Assembly (NCBI GenBank): GCA_038244815.1
Contig: JBBRTB010000016.1
Location: forward strand, 29,056-93,055
Direction: 5' to 3'
Source of the DNA: Thermoanaerobaculia bacterium
Lineage (GTDB): Bacteria; Acidobacteriota; Thermoanaerobaculia; Gp7-AA8
Length of the DNA: 64,000 nt
Shown: positions 40,251 to 50,667 of the stretch, piece by piece
How positions within the stretch are numbered: position 1 is the first letter of the stretch
Layout: each line of letters opens with the position of its first letter
The notes under the pieces: model-generated
What the model was told of the DNA's origin: nothing
The model's database searches: none
What the model saw: the letters and a program-made list of their open reading frames with translations, nothing else
Translations under genes and position numbers: made by a program

Positions 40251-40450
40251 AAATGCAAAATGCAAAATGCAAAATGCAGAATCAGGGTCGAGCGAATGCG
40301 GAAGGCGCGGGACTGAGAAATCTTGAATGAAGAATCGGCCGTCGCCGTGATCGTGATTTCTTAATTCGAAATTCGAAATTCACTCCGACAACGGCTCAGA
40401 GCAGATACCAAATGCTTTTTTGCATTCTGCATTTTGCATTTTGCATTTCG
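40249..40450. repeat. Composite structured repeat region: (AAAATGC)x4 and an inverted (GCATTTT)x3 flank about 135 nt that include a duplicated rarA 3' end
   Basis: Direct reading. 40250-40282 holds AAAATGC tandem copies. 40418-40448 holds the reverse-complement array. GAGCGAATGCGGAAGGCGCGG occurs at 40222 and again at 40289. CGAAATTC and TTCACTCCGA are duplicated. Confidence 0.5.
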
Positions 40451-40460
40451 AATTCTGCCT

Positions 40461-40865
40461 TCACTCCGAATACGCGTTCGCCTTCCTCTTGATCACCGCC
40501 GGCTTCCGGTCCTCGCCCACATTTACATAAACCACGGTCGCTTCGGTCACGACGACCCGTTTCTCCGGATCGTTGCCGCGGATGGCCTCACAGGTCACCT
40601 TGACGGTGATCGAGGTCGTGCCGATGCGTACGGTCTCGGTCCAGAAGGAGATGAGATCGCCGACGAAGACGGGCTCGTGAAAGACGACCTTGTCCATCGA
40701 CACGGTGACCATGAAGCGGGAACCCTGCCGGCGCGCTTCGATCGCGCCGGCCTGGTCGATGTAGGAGAGGATGACGCCGCCGAAGATGGTGCCGTGGGCG
40801 TTGGTGTCGCGCGGCATCATGAGCACGCGAATGGCGGGCTCATCCCACTTCGAAACGGCTTCCAT
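40461..40865 (-). CDS. Acyl-CoA thioesterase (hotdog fold, YciA/4HBT-like)
   Basis: 134 aa. Core DTNAHGTIFGGVILSYID motif. Confidence 0.75.
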   Translation of the reverse strand: MEAVSKWDEPAIRVLMMPRDTNAHGTIFGGVILSYIDQAGAIEARRQGSRFMVTVSMDKVVFHEPVFVGDLISFWTETVRIGTTSITVKVTCEAIRGNDPEKRVVVTEATVVYVNVGEDRKPAVIKRKANAYSE

Positions 40866-40870
40866 CGGCG

Positions 40871-42823
40871 TCAGGCGCCCTGCTGCTGCGATTTGCTGCG
40901 CGACTGGAGCACCTGCTGATTGATGTCCACTTTCGCTTCTTTGCGCAGTTTCTCCAGAAGGACCGCGCGAAGATTGCGCGACTGCTGACCGCGGATCATG
41001 TCCATGTAGGAAGCCTCATTCGCCTTCACGTCCGCATCGGTCACTTTCTTCTGTTCGGTTACCGAAAAAACGACGGCGCCATCGCCGGTGGCCACGGGGC
41101 CCTCGAGTTTTCCGACCGGAGCGGCAAAGGCCGTATTCACGAGCTGCGCGGTGTCGCCGGTGATGCCGCTGGTGAAGCCCTGGCGGTTCACGGTGGTGTC
41201 GCTGGCCGGAAGTCCGACTTTGGCGGCCACCGCGTCGACCGAAGGCGCGCCCGTCATGGCGTTCTTTAGCGCCTGCAGGGCCAGCTGCCTGGCCTTGCCC
41301 ATCTTGGCGTCCTGCGTCACGCGGTCGCGGATCTCGGCCAGCGCGGTCACACCGGCCGGACGAATGCCGTACAGGAACGGGATGACGATGCCGCGCTGCG
41401 TGCCGGTCATCTCGCCCACGTCATTCTGTTTGGCGCTGAACGCCCATCCCGAGAGGGCCGGATTGGCGCCGATGCCGGGGATCGTATCCGTCTTCTGGAA
41501 CCACAGCGTGTCGTTCGAGCTGATCTTGTCATTGGCGTACGCCGCGAACGCCTCGGCCGTGGCCGGTTTGTTCTGGCGAAGCTTCGCCGCGATCTGCGTC
41601 ATCTGCTCGCGAGCCTGATCCTTGGCCATCTGTTCGGCCACCTGTGCGGCGAGCTCCGCCTTCACTTCTTCGAATGACTTCGTGGCCGCCGGACGCCGCT
41701 CCATTACTTTGAGGATGTGGTACCCGTACTGCGTCTTGATCGGATCGCTGATCTGATTGAGCGGCAGAGTGAACGCCGCGTTCTCGAACTCGGGCACCAT
41801 CTGCCCGCGCGAGAACCAGCCCAGATCGCCGCCCTTCGCCGCCGACTGAGGGTCGGCTGAATTTTGCTTGGCCAGGGCCGCGAAGTCCGCACCGGAGCGG
41901 AGCTGTTTCACCAGCGATTCCACCCTGGCCTTCGCCGCGGCGTCGACCTCGGGAGCGGCGTTCGGATCGACCTTGATCAGGATATGAAGGGCGTGGGCTT
42001 GCTCCGGGGTCTTGAAGTCGTTGACCGACGCTTCGTAGCGCTTCTTCAGTTCGTCTTCGCCGGGGATGATCTGCGACCGAAGGCGGTTGAAGTCGGCCAT
42101 GAGGTACTTCACGTCGCGCTGTTCGGAGTGCGAATACTTCGACTGGTTGGCGCTGTAGAACGCATCGACCTCGGCAGGAGTGATCGTGACGGTGCCCAGC
42201 TCGCGGTTGGCCGGATAGAGCACGTAACGGATCTTCGCGTTCTCGCTGATGCGGCGGTACTCTGCATCGGCCATCTTCGGCGAGATGATGACCGACGCCG
42301 CCATGACGCTCTCCATCTTCTGAATGGTGATGTCCCTGGCCAGCTGGTCCTCGAATTCCGCCGGCGAAGAGAAACCCAGGTTCGCCGTGACGTAACGGGA
42401 ATAGAGATCGGCTCCGATGAACGAGCCGTCCGGATTCTTGAGGATGGGAATCTCCATGATCTTCTTGCGGACCTCTTCCGGCGTGGCGCTGAGATGGAGG
42501 CGCTGCGCCTGCTGCAGCATGAGCCGCTGATCGACGAGCGAATCGATGACCTGCTTCGACAACCCCATCTGGTCGAGCATCTCCTGGGTGAGGTTCGCGC
42601 CGTAGATCTGACGGTAGTTCTGCTCCGCGTAGTACATGGCCCGGTCGAAATCGCGATACGTGATCGTCTCGCCGTTGACGCGCGCGGCGTAGCCCCCGGC
42701 CGCCGAAGCGCCGCTCGTACCGCCGGCACCCCAGTCGACGAAGATGAACAGGATGAAGACCGCCACAACCCCGACGAGGATCCACTTGAGCTGCTGGAAG
42801 CTGTCACGCATCAACTTGAGCAT
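40871..42823 (-). CDS. ppiD: Periplasmic chaperone / peptidyl-prolyl isomerase PpiD (SurA-like)
   Basis: N-terminal TM anchor. SurA-N-like region. Parvulin domain (GGDLGWFSRGQMVPEF). 650 aa. Confidence 0.7.
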   Translation of the reverse strand: MLKLMRDSFQQLKWILVGVVAVFILFIFVDWGAGGTSGASAAGGYAARVNGETITYRDFDRAMYYAEQNYRQIYGANLTQEMLDQMGLSKQVIDSLVDQRLMLQQAQRLHLSATPEEVRKKIMEIPILKNPDGSFIGADLYSRYVTANLGFSSPAEFEDQLARDITIQKMESVMAASVIISPKMADAEYRRISENAKIRYVLYPANRELGTVTITPAEVDAFYSANQSKYSHSEQRDVKYLMADFNRLRSQIIPGEDELKKRYEASVNDFKTPEQAHALHILIKVDPNAAPEVDAAAKARVESLVKQLRSGADFAALAKQNSADPQSAAKGGDLGWFSRGQMVPEFENAAFTLPLNQISDPIKTQYGYHILKVMERRPAATKSFEEVKAELAAQVAEQMAKDQAREQMTQIAAKLRQNKPATAEAFAAYANDKISSNDTLWFQKTDTIPGIGANPALSGWAFSAKQNDVGEMTGTQRGIVIPFLYGIRPAGVTALAEIRDRVTQDAKMGKARQLALQALKNAMTGAPSVDAVAAKVGLPASDTTVNRQGFTSGITGDTAQLVNTAFAAPVGKLEGPVATGDGAVVFSVTEQKKVTDADVKANEASYMDMIRGQQSRNLRAVLLEKLRKEAKVDINQQVLQSRSKSQQQGA

Positions 42824-42944
42824 GGGAACTACCTTTCGGACGAAATGTCGCCGCGCGGGCGACGAGTGAGAACCTCAAGAAAAAACGGCGCATCTTACCT
42901 ATTCCCCGCCGTCGCGTAAACGCCTCTCTGTGCTATAACAATTC

Positions 42945-44393
42945 GTGGCGGGAATGGCCAAAAAGCGTAGCAGGGCAGTGCAAGGTGCCGAAGTCGATTG
43001 GTACCTGATATCGATCGACCGGCTCAAGCAGGTCGGTCTTGTCGTCTTGATTCTCCTCCTTGCCGCTGCCGGTTACTTCTTCTGGCAGAAGGAGAAGGGC
43101 AACCCGCGCTCGAATGCCGAATCCGCGATCGCCGACGCGCGACAGGCCCTGAACTCACTGGCTGCCTCGAAGGACTTCAACATTCACCGCCCCGAGTTCG
43201 ATCGTGCGCAACGCAAACTGGACGAGGCGAATTCGCACTTCGGGGCCACAAAGTACGCCGAGGCTCAGGACGCGGCGGTGGAATCGCAGACCATCAGCCG
43301 CGGTGCGCTCAGCGGCGACCGCGAGAACGACGCCCAGTTTCTCACCGTGGAAGGCGATGTCCGGTTTCAGAAGGGCGGTTCCGGCGACTTCAAACCTGCC
43401 GAGCCGCGCACTCCTCTATTCAATGGCGACTGGGTCAAGACCGGGGATCATGCCTCAGCCGAGCTCATCTTTTCGAACGGGTCGCTCTACACGATCGGCT
43501 CCAACGCGCTGCTGGAGATCTACTCGCAGGTCACCCCCGGTTCGTCGAAGAAGACGAACGAAGTGAAGATGCAGGTCGGCTCGGTCGAAGTGGCCACGAC
43601 CGACGACCAGTCGACCGTGCGCACGCCGGGCACGCGCGTGGTGATCGACTCCGAGTCGACCACCCAGGTGGGCGTCGACAAGGGGCAGCAGACCGCCGTC
43701 GTGGCCACGCGGGGAACCGCGTCGGTGGCATCGAGCACGGGCGGCCAGACCATCAAGCTCAGCAGCGGCGAAAAAGTCAGCGCCACCGCGGCGGGCCAGG
43801 TCTCCGGCGTCAAGACGCTCGCCGAACCTCCGGCGATCCTCTCGCCGGCCGACAACCAGGTGTTCCAGATGACCGGCGACCTGCGCGTGCAGTTCGGCTG
43901 GGACAAGGAGCCGGCGGCCGGCGCCTACGTCCTGCAGGTTTCCCGCTCCCGCCTCTTCTCGACCCTGGAGATCAACTCGCGGCGCCAGACCACCACCGCG
44001 AACGCAAAGGTGACCTCGGAAGGCTCGTTCTACTGGCGCGTCGCCTCCCTGGGAACCGACGGCGAGGTCGGGCCGTTCTCCTCGTTCCGGCGCTTCCGCG
44101 TCTCCGGAGGCAGCCGAGGCGGGTCGAGCGCGGTGACGGCGGACCGGGAGCCGCCGAAGCTGCAGCTCAACAAGCCGTACTCGATCGGCGGTCCGTTCTT
44201 CATGATCGAAGGGACGACCGAGCCGGGCGCCACCGTGTTCATCAACGAGGAAGAAGTGGACGTCGAGTCCAACGGCCACTTCAAGAAGCTGGTGAGCTTC
44301 AGCAAGACCGGCTCGAACGCGGTGGTGGTGAAAGCGATCGACCCCGCGGGCAACCAGACCGTGAAGTCCGAGTCCGTGTTCGTGGAGGAGTGA
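42945..44393 (+). CDS. FecR-domain membrane-anchored protein
   Basis: Single TM helix. FecR-like beta segment (GDWVKTGDHASAELIFSNGSLYTIGSNALLEI). 482 aa. Confidence 0.5.
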   Translation: MAGMAKKRSRAVQGAEVDWYLISIDRLKQVGLVVLILLLAAAGYFFWQKEKGNPRSNAESAIADARQALNSLAASKDFNIHRPEFDRAQRKLDEANSHFGATKYAEAQDAAVESQTISRGALSGDRENDAQFLTVEGDVRFQKGGSGDFKPAEPRTPLFNGDWVKTGDHASAELIFSNGSLYTIGSNALLEIYSQVTPGSSKKTNEVKMQVGSVEVATTDDQSTVRTPGTRVVIDSESTTQVGVDKGQQTAVVATRGTASVASSTGGQTIKLSSGEKVSATAAGQVSGVKTLAEPPAILSPADNQVFQMTGDLRVQFGWDKEPAAGAYVLQVSRSRLFSTLEINSRRQTTTANAKVTSEGSFYWRVASLGTDGEVGPFSSFRRFRVSGGSRGGSSAVTADREPPKLQLNKPYSIGGPFFMIEGTTEPGATVFINEEEVDVESNGHFKKLVSFSKTGSNAVVVKAIDPAGNQTVKSESVFVEE

Positions 44394-44397
44394 CGGA

Positions 44398-44600
44398 CGT
44401 TCTCGGTGCTGGGTGCTCGGTGCTCGGTGCTGGGTGCTAGGTGCCTCGGTGCTGGGTGCTTCGGTTCGCCCACCGCAAAACCGAGAACCGAGAACCGAGG
44501 GACCGCGGATCAAGGACCGACGACCGAGGACCGATGACCGAGCATCCAGCACCGAGCACCGAGCACCCAGCACCCAGCACCCAGCACCCAGCACCGACTG
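44398..44600. repeat. Inverted heptamer-array element: (GGTGCTS)n ... (CCGAGAA / GACCGAN)n ... (SAGCACC)n
   Basis: Direct reading. 44401-44460 holds about 8 tandem GGTGCT[GC] units. 44546-44596 holds the reverse-complement array CAGCACC/GAGCACC. Between them lies a second repeat (CCGAGAA x3). It sits in the intergenic spacer before mreB. Confidence 0.55.
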
Positions 44601-44664
44601 TATAGTTCGCGGGGCAAACGTTTTGCACCACGTCTTCGCGACTACGCTACCGAGATCCACCTGA

Positions 44665-45708
<1,044 letters not shown>

Positions 45709-45751
45709 GCGCGACACTGGCGTAATTTCTGCTCAGGGCGGTTGATCAGTT

Positions 45752-46612
45752 ATGGCAGTTCCCTCAGACGTCATCCCGCGTCGGCCAACGCTGTTGTTCA
45801 TCGTCGTCCTCTCACTCCTGTTCATTCTGATGAGCCTGAGCAGCCGGACGCGGTACATCGGCGAGACGCGTACGCTCTTCGAGCGCACCGTGATGACGGT
45901 GTTCTCTCCCGTGCCGCGGGCGGTGAACTGGGTGGGCGGGACGGCATCCGACATGTTCCACGGCTACCTGGATATGCGCCGGGCCGTGAATGAGAATCTC
46001 GACCTGCACCGCAGAGTGGCCGCGCTGACCATGGAGAACCTCAAGCTTCGCCAGTCTGCGACGGACATGCGCCGTATGCGCAGCCTCCTTGGCTATTCCG
46101 AGCAGTTCACGCTGCAGACCTCGGTGGCGCAGGCGATCATGCTCGACACGTCGGGCCGCTTCAAATCGATCATCATCGATCGCGGATCGTCCGACGACAT
46201 CGAGATCAACGACGCCGTGGCCAATGCCAGCGGGCTCATCGGACGCGTCGTATTGACGACGAAGGACATGGCCAAGGTACAGCTTCTGACAGACGGGAAC
46301 TCCGCGGTCGGCGCGCTCATCGAACGGACTCGGCGGCAGGGAGTGATCCGCGGTGACGGATCGGGTGGTCTGCAGATGAACGACGTGCCGGCGCTGTCGG
46401 ACGTCGTGGCCGGGGACCGCGTCTTCACGGCCGGCATCGACGGCATCTATCCAAAGGGGATTCCCATCGGCGTGGTCGTCAAAGCCGAGCAGGGGCCGAA
46501 CCTCTTCAAGAACATCCTGGTCAGGCCGGCCATCGAAACCGGGTCCATCGAAGAGGTCATCATCATTCACACGCGCAAGATTCCGGCGGGAGTGGTGAGG
46601 TACACCCCGTGA
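45752..46612 (+). CDS. mreC: Rod shape-determining protein MreC
   Basis: N-terminal TM helix, coiled coil and C-terminal beta domain. Follows mreB. Confidence 0.8.
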   Translation: MAVPSDVIPRRPTLLFIVVLSLLFILMSLSSRTRYIGETRTLFERTVMTVFSPVPRAVNWVGGTASDMFHGYLDMRRAVNENLDLHRRVAALTMENLKLRQSATDMRRMRSLLGYSEQFTLQTSVAQAIMLDTSGRFKSIIIDRGSSDDIEINDAVANASGLIGRVVLTTKDMAKVQLLTDGNSAVGALIERTRRQGVIRGDGSGGLQMNDVPALSDVVAGDRVFTAGIDGIYPKGIPIGVVVKAEQGPNLFKNILVRPAIETGSIEEVIIIHTRKIPAGVVRYTP

Positions 46613-47103
46613 GGTGGTTGCGCTTCGCCGTGGGCCTGCTGATCGCGCTGACGCTGCATTCGCTGCTGGACAGCTTCTTTCCGAACGCGCTGGCGTTTTT
46701 CAATCCTTACGTCATCCTCATCGTGTACTACGCGATGGGCGGCAACGTCCTGGGAGCGATCATCGCCGGCGTGATCGCCGGTCTGGTGCAGGATGCCTTT
46801 TCATCGTCGATGTTCGGACTGCACGCGTTTTCGCTGACTGTCTGCGCGTACATCGTGGCGTACATCAACTCGCGCCTGTCGCTGCGCGGGACGTTCGCGT
46901 TCGGCGCCTGTCTGGCCGGGGCGGTGATCGTCAATGAGCTGGTGATCTATATCCTCGTAAACATCCTCCTGCGGCAGCGCATCGAGATGTTCGAGCAGGG
47001 TCTGCTCGTCAAGACGATCTTCACGCTCATCTTCGGAATGTTTGTGTATCAGCTTCTGGCGCTGTTCCTGCGCGAGGAGCCGGTGGAAGCAACCAGGTTC
47101 TAA
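46609..47103 (+). CDS. mreD: Rod shape-determining protein MreD
   Basis: Small polytopic membrane protein in the mreBCD position. Start overlaps the mreC stop. Confidence 0.7.
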   Translation: MRWLRFAVGLLIALTLHSLLDSFFPNALAFFNPYVILIVYYAMGGNVLGAIIAGVIAGLVQDAFSSSMFGLHAFSLTVCAYIVAYINSRLSLRGTFAFGACLAGAVIVNELVIYILVNILLRQRIEMFEQGLLVKTIFTLIFGMFVYQLLALFLREEPVEATRF

Positions 47104-47107
47104 GCCC

Positions 47108-49084
47108 ATGCGAGTCTATCGAGACGATCAGAAGTTCCTGCAGTTCCGCATCAACGCCGTGTTGTGGGGCATCGCCGCAGTCTTCGTGTTCCTGGCCGGA
47201 TCGTTCTGGTTCGTGCAGGGCGTGCAGGCCGACAAGTATCGCGGGTTGTCCGAGGCCAACGCGCTGCGAGAGAACGTGATCCCGGCGAAGCGCGGCCTGA
47301 TCATGGACCGCAACGGCAAGATTCTCGCGGACAACCAGCCGACGTATTCGCTGACGGTCGATCGCGTGGTGCTGAAATCGCTCATCAAAGGCGACGCCAA
47401 TCATCGCCCCAAGCTCATCACCTTTCTCTCCGGCGTCCAGGGAGTGCCGCCCCAGGAGATCGAAGCCCGCTTTGAGAAGGGAAAAGACATTCCCATGGCC
47501 CGGCCGCTGCCGGTCGGCGAAGATCTGGCCATGGATCAGGTGGCCTCGATCCAGGCCCAGGCAGTGTCGTTTCCAGAGCTGAACGTCAATCCCGTGCAAC
47601 GCCGCAACTACGGCTACGGCACGATGGCCGCGCATGTGATGGGATTCCTCGGCGAGGTCAACGACAAGGACCTCGCCCAGCATCCCGACCTCAAGCAGGG
47701 CGACCTCATCGGCAAGCGCGGCGTCGAGCTGATGTACGACAACTATCTCCGCGGCAGAGACGGCGCCGAGTACTGGGAGTACGACAGCCATGGCCGCCGC
47801 CTCTCAGAGTACGTGCCTGCCCGCAAGGAAGCGGTGGCCGGCGACAACGTCTATCTGACGCTCGACTTCGAGATGCAGCGCCGCGCCGAACAGTACTTCA
47901 TCGAAAACGAATTCGTCGGCGCCGCGGTCGCGCTCGATCCCCGCAACGGCGAAGTACTGACCATGGTCTCGTCGCCGACGTTCAATCCAAACGTCTACTC
48001 GAAGCGCTTCACACCGCAGGTGTGGAAGACCATCATCTCCAATCCGTTCAAGATCGAGCTGAACCGCTGCATCCAGGGCCTCTACTCGCCGGGATCGGTC
48101 TTCAAGGCTGTCATGGCCATGGCCGGACTCTCCGACGACGCCATCACACCGACGACGACGTTCGACTGCGCCGGTACGGCGGTGTTTTTCGGACGCCGCT
48201 TCCGCTGCTGGCGGCGCGCCGGGCACGGCTCCGTCTCCGTCGCCAACGCCCTCAAAGTCTCCTGCGACATCTTCTTCTACAACGTGGGAGCGCGGCTCGG
48301 TGTCGACAAGATCGCCGAGTACGCCCACAACCTGACGTTCGGCGAGATCTCCAAGATCGATCTCGACGGCGAAAAGGCCGGCCTCCTTCCATCGACCACC
48401 TGGGCGGAGCAGAAGCAGCACCGCAAGTGGTATCCGTCGGAGACCATTTCTGTGGCCATCGGTCAGGGACCGCTGATCGTGACGCCGCTGCAGGTCGCGA
48501 ACATGATGGCCGCCATCGCCAACGGCGGAAAGGTCTACCAGCCCCACGTCGTGCGCAAGATCGAGCACATCAATCCGGACGGCACGAAGAGCTTGAAGGC
48601 CGTGCAACCGCAGGTGCTGCACGAGGTGAGACTCTCACCGGCCGCGCTGCAGACGGTCCGCCTCGGCCTCTGGAAGGTGGTCAACGAAGAAGGAGGAACG
48701 GGCGGCAACGCGCGCATCACCGGCCTCGACATCTGCGGCAAGACCGGCACGGTGCAGGTCATCGCCCAGCACGGCTGGATCAGCACGGCGAACATGCCGT
48801 TCAGCGCGCGCGATCACGCCTGGTTCGCCTCGTTCGGCCCGCGCGACAACCCGGAGCTCGTCGTCGTCGTTTTCGTCGAGCACGCCGGAACGCACGGCGG
48901 CATCGACTCCGCACCGCTGGCGAAACTCATGTACGAGGCCCATTTCCGCCGGGACATTCAGAACACGCGTCTCGACCTCAGCAACCCCGATACGCTCGAA
49001 GCGATCAAGGAAGGGAAAACGCCCGTCCCGGGCCAGGCACCGAAGGCACCTGCGGTTCCTGTCGACAGCAACCTGGGACACTGA
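47108..49084 (+). CDS. mrdA: Penicillin-binding protein 2 (elongasome transpeptidase)
   Basis: SxxK (SPGSVFK), SxN and KTG (KTGT) motifs. 658 aa. Confidence 0.85.
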   Translation: MRVYRDDQKFLQFRINAVLWGIAAVFVFLAGSFWFVQGVQADKYRGLSEANALRENVIPAKRGLIMDRNGKILADNQPTYSLTVDRVVLKSLIKGDANHRPKLITFLSGVQGVPPQEIEARFEKGKDIPMARPLPVGEDLAMDQVASIQAQAVSFPELNVNPVQRRNYGYGTMAAHVMGFLGEVNDKDLAQHPDLKQGDLIGKRGVELMYDNYLRGRDGAEYWEYDSHGRRLSEYVPARKEAVAGDNVYLTLDFEMQRRAEQYFIENEFVGAAVALDPRNGEVLTMVSSPTFNPNVYSKRFTPQVWKTIISNPFKIELNRCIQGLYSPGSVFKAVMAMAGLSDDAITPTTTFDCAGTAVFFGRRFRCWRRAGHGSVSVANALKVSCDIFFYNVGARLGVDKIAEYAHNLTFGEISKIDLDGEKAGLLPSTTWAEQKQHRKWYPSETISVAIGQGPLIVTPLQVANMMAAIANGGKVYQPHVVRKIEHINPDGTKSLKAVQPQVLHEVRLSPAALQTVRLGLWKVVNEEGGTGGNARITGLDICGKTGTVQVIAQHGWISTANMPFSARDHAWFASFGPRDNPELVVVVFVEHAGTHGGIDSAPLAKLMYEAHFRRDIQNTRLDLSNPDTLEAIKEGKTPVPGQAPKAPAVPVDSNLGH

Positions 49085-49093
49085 CGTCAGACG

Positions 49094-50197
49094 ATGCCCA
49101 CCGACCGCACTCGAAACCTGCCTACGCTGGACTGGAACTTCATCGGCACCGCCCTGGTGATCGCCGCGATCGGCTGCCTGCTCGTCTATAGCGCCACCTA
49201 TTTCAATGATCCCGGCCTGAACACCTTCAAAAAGCAGCTTCTCTGGATCGGAATCGGGATCGCCCTCATGGCGCTCTTCATCAGCGTCGACTACCACGTC
49301 CTGTTCGATATCGCCCCGATTCTGTACGGCATCGGTGTGGTGCTGCTCGTCTATCTCCTGGTCTGGGGGAAGGTCACCGCCAACGTGAAGTCGTGGATCC
49401 ACATCGGCGGTTTTCAGTTTCAGCCCGCCGAGTTCATGAAGGTGTTCACGGCCCTGATGCTGGCGAAGTTTTTCGACTCGAACGATCGCGCCTATCTGAA
49501 TTTCCGGTCGTTCTGCTATGCCATGGGCATCATCGGCCTGCCGGTCGGACTGATCATCGTGCAACCCGACTTCGGGACGGCGGCGACGTTCTTTCCGCTC
49601 GTGGCCGTGGCCATGTTCTTCGGCGGCATCCGCCCACGCATCTGGGCGGCCATGATCCTCATCGGCCTCATCGCCCTCCCCGCCGGCTGGGTCTTCTTCC
49701 TGAAGCCATATCAGAAAGAACGGATCATGATCTTCCTGAATCCGGAACGCGATCCGCTCGGGTCCGGCTACCAGGTCACGCAGGCCAAGATTGCCATCGG
49801 CTCGGGCGGCATCCACGGCAAAGGATTCAAACAGGGCACCCAGGCGGCGCTCGGCTATCTTCCGGCACGGCACACCGACTTCATCTTCGCCGTCCTCGGC
49901 GAGGAGTGGGGGTTCATCGGCGTGGTCATCGTTCTCAGCCTCTACCTCTACCTGATCACGCAGGCGCTGACGTTCGCCAAACATGCCCGCGACCGCGGCG
50001 GCACGTTCTTATGCATCTGCCTCATCTCCTTCATCATCTTTCACGTTTTCATCAACGTGGCCATGCAGATCGGTGTGCTGCCGACCACCGGCATTCCGCT
50101 GCCGCTCATCTCCTACGGCGGATCGTCGACGATGATGTTCATGATCGCCATCGGGCTGATCGCGAACGTGGATATGCGGCGGTTCGTCAACGCCTGA
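49094..50197 (+). CDS. rodA: Peptidoglycan glycosyltransferase RodA (SEDS family)
   Basis: FtsW/RodA/SpoVE signature motifs. 10 TM helices. Confidence 0.85.
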   Translation: MPTDRTRNLPTLDWNFIGTALVIAAIGCLLVYSATYFNDPGLNTFKKQLLWIGIGIALMALFISVDYHVLFDIAPILYGIGVVLLVYLLVWGKVTANVKSWIHIGGFQFQPAEFMKVFTALMLAKFFDSNDRAYLNFRSFCYAMGIIGLPVGLIIVQPDFGTAATFFPLVAVAMFFGGIRPRIWAAMILIGLIALPAGWVFFLKPYQKERIMIFLNPERDPLGSGYQVTQAKIAIGSGGIHGKGFKQGTQAALGYLPARHTDFIFAVLGEEWGFIGVVIVLSLYLYLITQALTFAKHARDRGGTFLCICLISFIIFHVFINVAMQIGVLPTTGIPLPLISYGGSSTMMFMIAIGLIANVDMRRFVNA

Positions 50198-50202
50198 GTG
50201 AC

Positions 50203-50568
50203 CTACGACCGGCGGCCCACGACCTTATCGAGATCCCGGCGCTCTTTCTTGGTCGGCCTGCCCGCTCCGCGGTCCCGAAACGAGCTCGCCGCGGCAGGCT
50301 GGCTCACCGGCGCCGGGCTCTCGTCGATGTAGGCCGTCTTCCCGGCCTCCTTCGAGAGCTGTCCCTCGGGCAGGACGACGGCGATCACCCGCCGGAAACG
50401 GTCGTTCAGCAGGAACTCGACGACATCATCTTCCCGGACCGGCGCGGACGGCTTGACCCGCTGGCCGTTGATCTTCACGTGCCCGCCGCGGCAGGCTTCA
50501 GCCGCCTCTTCCCGGTGCTTGAAGAGACAGACGAGCTTGAGCCAGTGATCGATCCGATGACGTTCCAT
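50203..50568 (-). CDS. S4-domain RNA-binding protein (Hsp15/HslR-like)
   Basis: Start taken at MERHRIDHWLK (S4 motif). The longer ORF extension is encoded by the heptamer repeat and is rejected. Confidence 0.6.
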   Translation of the reverse strand: MERHRIDHWLKLVCLFKHREEAAEACRGGHVKINGQRVKPSAPVREDDVVEFLLNDRFRRVIAVVLPEGQLSKEAGKTAYIDESPAPVSQPAAASSFRDRGAGRPTKKERRDLDKVVGRRS

Positions 50569-50570
50569 TT

Positions 50571-50653
50571 GCGAGGCCTCGGGCCTCAGGCCTCGGGCCA
50601 CAGGCCTCAGACCCTCCCCTTTTTCCGAGGCCCGAGGCCCGAAGCCCGAGGCC
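50571..50653. repeat. Inverted heptamer-array hairpin: (GGCCTCR)x5 - CCCTCCCCTTTTTCC - (GAGGCCC)x4
   Basis: Direct reading. The arms are exact reverse complements. The 17-nt loop carries a T-tract. It lies in the divergent spacer between the S4 gene and hupB. Confidence 0.55.
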
Positions 50654-50667
50654 TGTATAATCAGCCC

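Noticed and set aside
44398-44600. Possible CRISPR array, suggested by regularly spaced direct repeats
   Set aside because: Units are only 7 nt with no spacers. The arrays are arranged as inverted complements, not repeat-spacer-repeat. No cas genes are present.
50569-50601. Longer start for the S4-domain gene (MARGLRPEASQ…)
   Set aside because: The extension is encoded entirely by the heptamer repeat. The conserved S4 N-terminus begins at MERHRIDHW.
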